Assembly (NCBI GenBank): GCA_016700315.1
Contig: CP065013.1
Location: 641,449-705,448 of the forward strand
Direction: 5' to 3'
DNA: 64,000 bases
From: Candidatus Saccharimonadota bacterium
GTDB lineage: Bacteria > Patescibacteriota > Saccharimonadia > Saccharimonadales > SZUA-47
Positions 9,649 to 21,033 of this stretch are shown here, one piece after another. Numbering within the stretch: the stretch's first letter is position 1; every line of letters begins with the position of its first letter. A program made the translations under genes and the position numbers. The notes beneath the pieces are model-generated. The model did not search any database, was not told the origin of the DNA, and saw nothing but the letters and a program-made list of their open reading frames with translations.

Positions 9649-10479
9649 TTATTGGTGCCTGGTGACAGACTCAACAGCACGCTTAAAGGACGCGGCCGCA
9701 TTGACAGCGTTGGTTGGGTCAGCAGTAATCGCATGGTTTACCAGTACCGCATCAGCTCCTAGCTCCAGTGCTAGCTTGGCGTGTTCCGGATTGCCTATTC
9801 CGCCCTCTGCTACGATCGTCACCTCTGGATAATTGCTATGTACGACATCACAAAATTTTCTAAACTCATCTGAGTTTATTGGCCCCGTAGACTGACCGAT
9901 ATATCCGAAGTAAGCCCTCAAGGCGGTGACACCGTATCCTGATATTAATCTTTCGGCAAGCGGAATTTCCTGGCTGATATAAGGGATAACACAAAGTTCT
10001 GATGCTGCTACTAGTAGGTTTGCTGTGGCAATCTCCACAGCCTCGTCGTTTGGCACGAGTACGGGTCTGCCTTCTATCATCACCTCTTCAAAAACTTCCA
10101 GCTTAACATATGGTGACCCAGTGGCCCTGGAGCCATCAAGAGCTCTTTCCACAGCCTGGTCTGCGCTTGTACTTCGGGCAGTGTTATTAAGTAGAACGTA
10201 CGGTCTGCCGAGTTCTCCTAGTCTATTCTTCAAAGCTTCAATGGTGGCGATCCTACTTTCACGGAAGGCTTCTAAGTCAACTTTGTTAAAAGCCGATGGT
10301 GCAGAAGCGATAAGAACCTGTGTACCGGATTCTTCTACAACATCCATTGCAGTTTTATCTGGCAGACCAACTATACATTCGTTTAGGGGCGTAAAAGCTG
10401 TTGGGGCCCACAATCGACTTTCGGCTTCGAAGTCCCCAATACGATATGTGCGGATATCGCCGCCTCTTGAGTTTGACAC
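9649..10479 (-). CDS. ThiG-like TIM-barrel protein (thiazole synthase family homolog)
   Basis: YVKLEVFEE resembles the ThiG imine-Lys motif KLEV. AEGGIGNPEHAKLALELGADAVLVNHAI matches the ThiG consensus DAGIG.P..A..AMELGADAVL.NTAI. No other thi genes in the window. Confidence 0.6.
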   Translation of the reverse strand: MSNSRGGDIRTYRIGDFEAESRLWAPTAFTPLNECIVGLPDKTAMDVVEESGTQVLIASAPSAFNKVDLEAFRESRIATIEALKNRLGELGRPYVLLNNTARSTSADQAVERALDGSRATGSPYVKLEVFEEVMIEGRPVLVPNDEAVEIATANLLVAASELCVIPYISQEIPLAERLISGYGVTALRAYFGYIGQSTGPINSDEFRKFCDVVHSNYPEVTIVAEGGIGNPEHAKLALELGADAVLVNHAITADPTNAVNAAASFKRAVESVTRHQ

Positions 10480-10535
10480 AGTAATAACTTAGTAATTATT
10501 TATAATTCTGTCAAATTATTATTTCGATAGCAAAG

Positions 10536-13511
<2,976 letters not shown>

Positions 13512-13604
13512 GGTCTAAATAGCTGATATGATTTTGCTTTAACTTACTTGTTGCCAACCAAAACCATCGATTATCAGAAACGTTCGTTAATTTATGCTAA
13601 GAGG

Positions 13605-14225
13605 CTAGTTTTTTGCAGTAGCTAATTGGTATAGGGCGTCGATGATTTCTTGGCCTACTACTTCGCGGTCTTTGTTGTCGTCAATAACTAGTAGCAAGTC
13701 TTTTTCCCTAAAATGATCTATAACAGCTTGGGTTTTGGCGTATTCTTCGAGACGTTTCTTTAGCGCCTCTCGGCCGTCGTCGGCACGCACACCCCGATCA
13801 TGAAGCTTTTTCGAGATTTCAAAATGATGCCAGACGCCTGCTTCCGGGAGGTCAAGTAAAATCACGGCTTTAATTTCGTGTCCGGAACTTAGGCAGGCGT
13901 TTTCGATGACCGCAACTTCTTCTGGCAGACGGCCGACTGAGCTGAGAAGTAGCGGTACGCCACTATACTCATGATGATTAAAAAACGGTGGGATAATCTG
14001 AAGAAAAAGCTCGCTGGGTATGATCCCACCTTCAGCCATTATTCGCTGGACCTCTTGATTACCATGATTGTGCCGCAAAATATCGCCACCAGAGACAACC
14101 TTGCCGCCGAGCAGTTCCGCAAGAGCTTGTGCTTGAGTGTCTTTTCCTGAAAAGGGCGGGCCGTAAAAATTGATCGAGCCGCTTCCGAGCCACTGTTTGA
14201 TTTTGTCTATTTTGTTTTTTTCCAT
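13605..14225 (-). CDS. adenylate kinase family protein (divergent P-loop)
   Basis: GPPFSGKDTQA (compare GPPGAGKGTQA), SGGDILR, RADDGREALKKRLEEY (compare R.DD..e.i.kRl..Y). The internal ATG at 14225 is preferred because TATAAT lies inside the longer ORF. Confidence 0.65.
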   Translation of the reverse strand: MEKNKIDKIKQWLGSGSINFYGPPFSGKDTQAQALAELLGGKVVSGGDILRHNHGNQEVQRIMAEGGIIPSELFLQIIPPFFNHHEYSGVPLLLSSVGRLPEEVAVIENACLSSGHEIKAVILLDLPEAGVWHHFEISKKLHDRGVRADDGREALKKRLEEYAKTQAVIDHFREKDLLLVIDDNKDREVVGQEIIDALYQLATAKN

Positions 14226-14314
14226 ATCAAAATTATAGCATTTGAACTCTACTAGCATAAGAGGTATCATAAAAGTAACGAAAACTAAATAACAATTTAA
14301 AAGGTGGGCTTTCT

Positions 14315-16687
14315 ATGTACAAATACTTAAAGTTTTTTGAAGAACTGTCAATCGGTGATATTCCCCAAGTTGGCGGCAAAAATGCTTCGCTGGGCGAAAT
14401 GTATCATCATTTGCGACCTCAAGGAGTTAATCTGCCGAACGGTGTTGCTACAACTGCTGATGCTTATCGCTACTTCCTAGAGCAAGCGGGGCTGAACGCA
14501 GGTATCGAAGAGGCCCTGTACGGTCTAGATGTTAGCAATGTACATGATTTAGCCTCTCGAGGTGCTCGGATTAGGCAGATGATTGTTGATGCTAAGTTGC
14601 CCGACGATTTTGAGGAAGAGATTAAGCGCGGTTATCGAGAATTATGTGAAAAATGCGGTCATGGTGACCGTGACATGGTGGTGGCAATTCGCTCGAGCGC
14701 TACAGCCGAAGATTTGCCAAATGCTTCGTTCGCCGGTCAGCAAGCAACCTTCCTCAACATCAAGGGGGAGCACCATGTATTAGAGTCAGTCAAAGAGTGC
14801 ATAGCATCATTGTTTACCGATCGCGCCATTGTCTACCGTGTTACCAATGGTTTTGATCACATGAAAGTAGCCTTAAGTGTTGGCATTCAACAAATGGTGG
14901 CTGTGAAAAGCGAATGTGCTGGCGTAATGTTTACTATCGATACAGAGTCGGGCTTCAAAAACGCCGTCGTCGTTAGTTCTATTTATGGTTTGGGCGAAAA
15001 CATCGTGCAAGGCCACGTTAGCCCGGACGAGTTTATTGTCTTTAAGCCAACCAGAGCAATCCTAAAGCGCCATTTGGGAACCAAAAAGATGAAAATGATC
15101 CCTGTTGGAGGCAGTAAAACCAAAAACATTGCTGTTTCGCAGGCCGACCAAGATCGCTACTCGATCAACGATGACCAAGTGCGCACACTGGCTGACTGGG
15201 GAATAAAAATTGAGCAGCACTATGGTCATCCGATGGATATTGAGTGGGCGCTAGATGAAGACGACAAACAGCTCTACATCGTGCAGGCGCGCGCCGAGAC
15301 TGTTCAGTCCCGCCGTGATGCCAATGTTGTCGAAGAGTACAAGCTGAAGGGCGAAGGAAACGTTATTGTTACTGGAACTAGTGTTGGCAATAAAATCGGT
15401 AATGGCCGAGCCAGCAAAATCATGAGCGTTAAAGATATTGATGACTTCAAAGAGGGTGACGTCTTGGTCACAGAAATGACAGATCCGGACTGGGTGCCAA
15501 TTATGAAGATTGCTAGCGCCATTGTGACCGACAAGGGCGGACGTACTTGTCACGCAGCAATTGTCAGCCGTGAGCTAGGTATACCTTGTGTAGTCGGTAC
15601 GGGTAACGCTTCCGAGATTATTAAGGACGGCCAATCAGTTACGGTGAGCTGCGGCGGCGGTGGCGACGAGGGTCATGTCTATGACGGCATTATTGAGTTC
15701 GAGGTACAACGAACTGACATCAAAGACCTCGAGCGACCAAAGACCAAGATAATGATGAATATTGGTTCGCCAGATCATGCCTTTGCCTACTCGCTAATAC
15801 CCAACGACGGTGTCGGTCTGGCCAGGGAAGAGTTTATTATCGACTCGCACATCAAGATTCACCCTCAAGCACTACTGCATTTCGACCAAGTTAAAGACAA
15901 AGCAGTTCGTGCTCAGATCAACAAACTAACCAAAGGTTACGATGATAAAGCTCAATACTTTATCGACAAATTGGCTGAAGGCATAGCGATAATCGGAGCT
16001 GCTTTTCACCCAAACCCTGTGATTGTGAGGTTTAGCGACTTTAAGACAAATGAGTACGCAAACCTAATTGGCGGCACACAATTTGAGCCTAGCGAAAACA
16101 ACCCGATGATCGGTTGGCGCGGGGCGAGTCGTTACTATAGCGAACAGTACCGTGATGCATTTAAGCTTGAATGCCAGGCTTTTCTGAAAGTCAGAAATGA
16201 AATGGGGTTAACTAATGTTAAGGCGATGGTGCCTTTCTGCCGTAGTATCGACGAAGCCAAAAAAGTCCAAGAAGTCATGGCTGAAACCGGACTAAGGCGT
16301 GGTGAAAACGGCTTTGAGCTTTACGTAATGGTCGAAATTCCAGCAAATGTCATACTGGCTGAGCAGTTTGCTGATCTATTTGATGGATTTTCTATCGGTA
16401 GCAATGACCTAACGCAGCTGACTCTTGGAGTAGACCGCGACAACCACACCGTGGCCCATGTTTACGATGAGAATAACGAAGCAGTTAAGATTTTGATCCG
16501 CGAGGCAGTTAGGGTAGCTAAGGCCAAGGGGCGCAAGATTGGTTTGTGTGGCCAAGCGCCGTCTGACTATCCAGAATTTGCTAGGTTTCTGGTTGAGACA
16601 GGGATCGATAGTATTTCGCTTGCTCCCGACACTATCGTTAAGACAACCATTGACCTAAAACAGACCGAGAATAATCTCGGTCGCTAA
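14315..16687 (+). CDS. ppsA: phosphoenolpyruvate synthase (pyruvate, water dikinase)
   Basis: Swivel phospho-His motif GGRTCHAAIVSRELGIPCVVG, C-terminal PEP-utilising barrel (GFSIGSNDLTQL), 790 aa. Confidence 0.9.
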   Translation: MYKYLKFFEELSIGDIPQVGGKNASLGEMYHHLRPQGVNLPNGVATTADAYRYFLEQAGLNAGIEEALYGLDVSNVHDLASRGARIRQMIVDAKLPDDFEEEIKRGYRELCEKCGHGDRDMVVAIRSSATAEDLPNASFAGQQATFLNIKGEHHVLESVKECIASLFTDRAIVYRVTNGFDHMKVALSVGIQQMVAVKSECAGVMFTIDTESGFKNAVVVSSIYGLGENIVQGHVSPDEFIVFKPTRAILKRHLGTKKMKMIPVGGSKTKNIAVSQADQDRYSINDDQVRTLADWGIKIEQHYGHPMDIEWALDEDDKQLYIVQARAETVQSRRDANVVEEYKLKGEGNVIVTGTSVGNKIGNGRASKIMSVKDIDDFKEGDVLVTEMTDPDWVPIMKIASAIVTDKGGRTCHAAIVSRELGIPCVVGTGNASEIIKDGQSVTVSCGGGGDEGHVYDGIIEFEVQRTDIKDLERPKTKIMMNIGSPDHAFAYSLIPNDGVGLAREEFIIDSHIKIHPQALLHFDQVKDKAVRAQINKLTKGYDDKAQYFIDKLAEGIAIIGAAFHPNPVIVRFSDFKTNEYANLIGGTQFEPSENNPMIGWRGASRYYSEQYRDAFKLECQAFLKVRNEMGLTNVKAMVPFCRSIDEAKKVQEVMAETGLRRGENGFELYVMVEIPANVILAEQFADLFDGFSIGSNDLTQLTLGVDRDNHTVAHVYDENNEAVKILIREAVRVAKAKGRKIGLCGQAPSDYPEFARFLVETGIDSISLAPDTIVKTTIDLKQTENNLGR

Positions 16688-16781
16688 AAGTTTGTTCGGG
16701 ATTTATTGTTGAGTTTTAGTCTACGAAATATCATCTATTTTCCCCTGTATTTTTCACGTAAATTAATGTAAAATTAGAAAA

Positions 16782-18221
16782 ATGAAATTACTCACAAAAC
16801 ACGTCGATCACCCGCATTCTTCGACACTAAAGCGGGCTAAAATCATTGCAACCGTAGGTCCTGCAACTGATTCTTATGAACAGATTTATAAACTAATCGA
16901 GGCGGGCGCTAATGGTCTGCGTCTCAATTTTAGTCACGGCACTTACGAAGAGCGAGCGAAACAGATCAAATGGATTAGAAAAGCTGCTACCGAGCTAGGA
17001 GAAAATGTTGCAATAATCCAGGACTTGCAAGGGCCAAAGATACGGCTTGGCGACTTCGAGGGTGTCTTAGAAGTTAAGAAGGGCCAGAGTCTGTCGTTCA
17101 AGTACAAGGCTGATTATCAAAGAACTGGCCATCTGCCAACGCAATATGATCTTAGCAAAAAAGTTAAACGCGGAGAGCGCGTTTTGCTTTTTGATGGCAA
17201 GGTGCAAACGACTGTAACTAGTGTACGTGATGGTGTACTTCATGTAACTGTAGAGAATGACGGATTTTTGATTGCCCGAAAGGGCATTAATCTACCCGAC
17301 ACCGACTTTGGCGGTGACATAATCACAGAAAAAGATAAATCTGATATTGCTTACGGATCAACAGTTGATATTGATTATGTGGCACTTAGTTTTGTTCAGA
17401 CTGCCAATGATATAAGAACACTTAGAACTAAACTGAATAATTTAAACAGTAAAGCTCGTATTATAGCCAAAATTGAAACAGCTGGAGCGGTAGAGAATAT
17501 CGAGGAAATTGTTATCGAAACCGATGCCGTCATGGTAGCGCGAGGTGACCTAGCCATTGAAACTCAACATGAACTAGTGCCAGTTGTGCAACGTAAAATC
17601 ATTGGACTCGGCCATTTACATAGTAAGCCAACGATTGTTGCTACCCAAATGATGGGTAGCATGGTTGAAAATCCTGAGCCATCTCGTGCTGAGGTATCTG
17701 ACGTTGCGACTGCTGTGCTAATTGGAGCCGACTGTGTCATGTTGAGTGACGAAACCGCAAACGGCAAATATCCTATTGAGGCTGTCAAGATGATGAAAAA
17801 AGTTATTCGCTATAGCGAGACAAACTTGCCTTTACAGCTTCGTCTTCATGATGGGGCTAACGAATTTAGCAAACAATCTGCCATATGTAATTCGATTATT
17901 ACATTAGCGAAACAACTCCCTGCTACGGCGATTGTCGCAGAAACAAAATCTGGGGCAACGGCGCTACAGATTGCTGCTCGTCGTCCGGAAATTAGCTTAC
18001 TTGCTGTCACTAGCGATGCAAGGGTAGCTAACCAATTGGCAATTTGTTATGGAGTCAAAAGCTATGTCAGAAAAGATGGAAAATACGCCGCAAGCAAGCT
18101 TACAGATTGGTTGCTCAAGCATAAAGTGCTCGAAAAAGGCGATATTGTTATTACCGCATCAGGTAAGTACCCCGGCGTCGTCGGTACAACTGATACTATA
18201 AAAGTGAGAGCTTTGGAATAA
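16782..18221 (+). CDS. pyk: pyruvate kinase
   Basis: KIIATVGPA, LRLNFSHG, MVARGDLAIE, VMLSDETANGKYP. Confidence 0.9.
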   Translation: MKLLTKHVDHPHSSTLKRAKIIATVGPATDSYEQIYKLIEAGANGLRLNFSHGTYEERAKQIKWIRKAATELGENVAIIQDLQGPKIRLGDFEGVLEVKKGQSLSFKYKADYQRTGHLPTQYDLSKKVKRGERVLLFDGKVQTTVTSVRDGVLHVTVENDGFLIARKGINLPDTDFGGDIITEKDKSDIAYGSTVDIDYVALSFVQTANDIRTLRTKLNNLNSKARIIAKIETAGAVENIEEIVIETDAVMVARGDLAIETQHELVPVVQRKIIGLGHLHSKPTIVATQMMGSMVENPEPSRAEVSDVATAVLIGADCVMLSDETANGKYPIEAVKMMKKVIRYSETNLPLQLRLHDGANEFSKQSAICNSIITLAKQLPATAIVAETKSGATALQIAARRPEISLLAVTSDARVANQLAICYGVKSYVRKDGKYAASKLTDWLLKHKVLEKGDIVITASGKYPGVVGTTDTIKVRALE

Positions 18222-18232
18222 GGAGTTTAGGG

Positions 18233-19534
18233 GTGGGGAAGTTTGGCTTCAAAACGGTTCGAGATATTGATCTGAAGGGCAAGCGAGTTTTGTTACGAGC
18301 TGACTACAACGTGCCACTTGATGGGTCAAATAAAATCACTAGTGATTATCGAATCAAAATGAGCTTACCGACGATTCAATACTTGCTAGATAAGAACTGC
18401 TCGGTTGTTATTTGCTCACATTTAGGTCGGCCAAAAGCTTTTGGGGATCCAAAGACTAGTTTAGAGCCTGTCGCGAAACGACTAGCCAAGCTCTTAGACC
18501 AGCCAGTGAAGTTTGTGAGTGACTGCGTCGGCGATGAAGTTCGCGAAAGCTGCTCAAAACTCGCTCGCGGCGAAGTTCTGCTACTAGAGAACCTGCGCTA
18601 CTACAAGGAAGAGGAAGAAAACGACGCTGCTTTTGCTAGGAAGCTAGTCGAAGCAACGGACGCCCAAGTTTTTGTACAAGACGGCTTTGGTGTCGTGCAC
18701 CGAGCCCATGCAAGCACTTCGGCTGTGACTAAGCTCCTGCCCTCGGTCGCCGGTCTCCTGTTAGAGAGAGAGGTCACTACTCTTGAGGGCATTATTGACA
18801 AACCGCAAAAACCGCTATTGGCAATTATCGGTGGTGCAAAAATCAGCGACAAAATAACTATTATCGAGAAATTCATTAGTCTAGCTGATGCGGTAGTGAT
18901 CGGTGGTGCAATGGCTAATACTTTCTTGAAAAGCGAGGGCGTAGAAGTTGGTGATAGTCTTTATGATAAAGAAGACCTACCGCTTGCCCGTAAGATTATC
19001 GCAGCTGCTCGTAAGGAGACAGCTAAAAGGAAATTTGTATTTTACTTGCCTCAGGACGGTGTTGTCGCCAAAAAATTGGACAGTAAATCGCCGACTCGAA
19101 TTGTTGACTGGGATGCTCACGTTATAGCCAGTGTAGAGAGTTACCCAAATAAGCCAAAGCGCTCGAGCGCCATTGTTGCAGAAGACGAGAAAATACTAGA
19201 TATTGGCCCATTTAGTGGGGCTTTTATCGCAGGGCTAATTCAGTTGTCTTCAACTGTACTCTGGAATGGGACGATGGGCGTGACAGAGGTTGTTGGAGTG
19301 CAGGGGCCGGTGGGGCCGTTTGCTCATGGTAGTGAGGTTGTGATTGAAGCTTTACTTGGAGAATTTGGCTGCAAGCCATTTAGTGTTATCGGAGGCGGAG
19401 ATACCACGGCCTACGTTGAAGAACGTGATTTAACGGCTCAGTTTGGACATGTGTCGACAGGCGGCGGCGCATCTTTAGAGGTTTTAAGTGGTAACAAACT
19501 GCCAGGTGTAGTAAGTTTACAAAAGAAAAGGTAA
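18233..19534 (+). CDS. pgk: phosphoglycerate kinase
   Basis: RADYNVPL, LLENLRYYKEEE, GGAKISDK, STGGGASLE. GTG start 6 nt after AGGAG. Confidence 0.9.
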   Translation: MGKFGFKTVRDIDLKGKRVLLRADYNVPLDGSNKITSDYRIKMSLPTIQYLLDKNCSVVICSHLGRPKAFGDPKTSLEPVAKRLAKLLDQPVKFVSDCVGDEVRESCSKLARGEVLLLENLRYYKEEEENDAAFARKLVEATDAQVFVQDGFGVVHRAHASTSAVTKLLPSVAGLLLEREVTTLEGIIDKPQKPLLAIIGGAKISDKITIIEKFISLADAVVIGGAMANTFLKSEGVEVGDSLYDKEDLPLARKIIAAARKETAKRKFVFYLPQDGVVAKKLDSKSPTRIVDWDAHVIASVESYPNKPKRSSAIVAEDEKILDIGPFSGAFIAGLIQLSSTVLWNGTMGVTEVVGVQGPVGPFAHGSEVVIEALLGEFGCKPFSVIGGGDTTAYVEERDLTAQFGHVSTGGGASLEVLSGNKLPGVVSLQKKR

Positions 19535-19550
19535 TATAAACTTAAGTATT

Positions 19551-19597
19551 ATGCACGGCGTTAGAAAAAAACTAGTCATCGGAAATTGGAAGAGTCA
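19551..19597 (+). repeat. 47-nt duplicate of the tpiA 5' end (46/47 identical to 19699-19745)
   Basis: ATGCACGGCGTTAGAAAAAAACTAGTCATCGGAAA(T/C)TGGAAGAGTCA occurs twice, 148 nt apart. Confidence 0.9.
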
Positions 19598-19698
19598 ACG
19601 CTTCGCTTATGAGGACAACCTACGGTTTTCCTCATCGCGCCGAGTGCGAAGTGAATTCGCCACTCGGGCTACTCTTTTCCCTTTATTAGGAGGATTTT

Positions 19699-20496
19699 AT
19701 GCACGGCGTTAGAAAAAAACTAGTCATCGGAAACTGGAAGAGTCACATGAACGTGCGTGAGTCTAGTTTACTGCTTAAGCGTCTTGACGATCATATCAAA
19801 GTTAATCGTACGGTTGAGATTGCTTTGGCACCAACTTTTTTGGCACTACAGCCGTTAAGCCTACAGATCAACAGACGGAAGTTCCGCCTTTGTGCACAAA
19901 ACGGCAACGACCAAGACGAAAGTGCTTTGACTGGGGAGGTTAGTTTTTCTATGATGCGAGGCCTTATTCACTACTCAATTATCGGGCATTCATCTAGACG
20001 ACTTTATTACGACGACAACTTAGATGCGGTGCGGAAGAAAATGGCGGCGGCTGTCCGAAATGGCATAGTGCCAGTTTTATGCGTCGGTGAAACCAAGCAA
20101 GAGCGCCTAGGCAAAGAGACTCGGCGTGTTCTGCACGATCAGCTAACAACGGCCCTCGCCGACCTAACAGCAGAGGAAGTTGCCGATGTTGTTATTACTT
20201 ATGAACCTGTTTGGGCGATTTCAACTTTTGATGGGGAAATACCAAAACCGGCTGTTGTTATAAGAGAAATAAAATATATTCGATCGCAGATAGCCGATCT
20301 CTATGGGCAAAATATAGCCGAGCAGGTACACGTTCTATACGGTGGTAGTGTTGACGATCATGATGCTGGATTTTTCATGTCTCTTCCGGGGTGTGATGGT
20401 GCGCTAGTTGGAGCGGCCAGCCTGAATTACCATAAGTTCACCAAGATTGTCGAAGCCGCAGCAGAATCAGCGCGTAAAACAGGGGATATAAAGTAA
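19699..20496 (+). CDS. tpiA: triosephosphate isomerase
   Basis: GNWKSHM, IGHSSRR (catalytic His), YEPVWAI (catalytic Glu), YGGSV. RBS AGGAGG 7 nt upstream. Confidence 0.85.
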   Translation: MHGVRKKLVIGNWKSHMNVRESSLLLKRLDDHIKVNRTVEIALAPTFLALQPLSLQINRRKFRLCAQNGNDQDESALTGEVSFSMMRGLIHYSIIGHSSRRLYYDDNLDAVRKKMAAAVRNGIVPVLCVGETKQERLGKETRRVLHDQLTTALADLTAEEVADVVITYEPVWAISTFDGEIPKPAVVIREIKYIRSQIADLYGQNIAEQVHVLYGGSVDDHDAGFFMSLPGCDGALVGAASLNYHKFTKIVEAAAESARKTGDIK

Positions 20497-21011
20497 TGGC
20501 TGAAAAAAAGATTCTTGACGTAGCTAAGCCAGGGACTACGCCGGCAGACGAGACAGCAAAACCAGTGATTGTCGGTCATCGTCCGAAGGTTCTCGATCCT
20601 ATGGTCAACGAAGAAAAACCCATGCCTAATCAAGATACAGCTTCAGAAACTCCAGCTTCAACTCAGGCCGTCGCAGTAAAGCCAGTATCTTCAGACCTTA
20701 AACACCAGTCGCAATTAGGGGAAGAAGCTCCTAAAACTGACGAAGCAGCAGACTTTAAAGAGGTAAAAGATGCGTCAAAAACTGCCGATGAAGAATTAGA
20801 AAAAGAGGCTGTGCTGCAAGCAGAGATTAAGGAACTCGTCGCTACCAAAAAATACTTCGTAGAGCCATCCAACCCCGCCAGGTCTTCAGCCACAGCATTT
20901 GTGCTAACTGCACTGTTTGTGGTGATAATAGGTCTTGCCGTGCTAGCTTTTTTACATGACGCTGGGGCAATTGATCTGGGCATCAAGTTGCCATTCGACC
21001 TAATCAGGTAA
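20496..21011 (+). CDS. hypothetical C-terminally membrane-anchored protein
   Basis: Low-complexity acidic N-terminal part and a single TM (AFVLTALFVVIIGLAVLAFL). Start overlaps the tpiA stop. Confidence 0.5.
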   Translation: MAEKKILDVAKPGTTPADETAKPVIVGHRPKVLDPMVNEEKPMPNQDTASETPASTQAVAVKPVSSDLKHQSQLGEEAPKTDEAADFKEVKDASKTADEELEKEAVLQAEIKELVATKKYFVEPSNPARSSATAFVLTALFVVIIGLAVLAFLHDAGAIDLGIKLPFDLIR

Positions 21012-21033
21012 CTTTCTGCTAAAATAGTTATTA

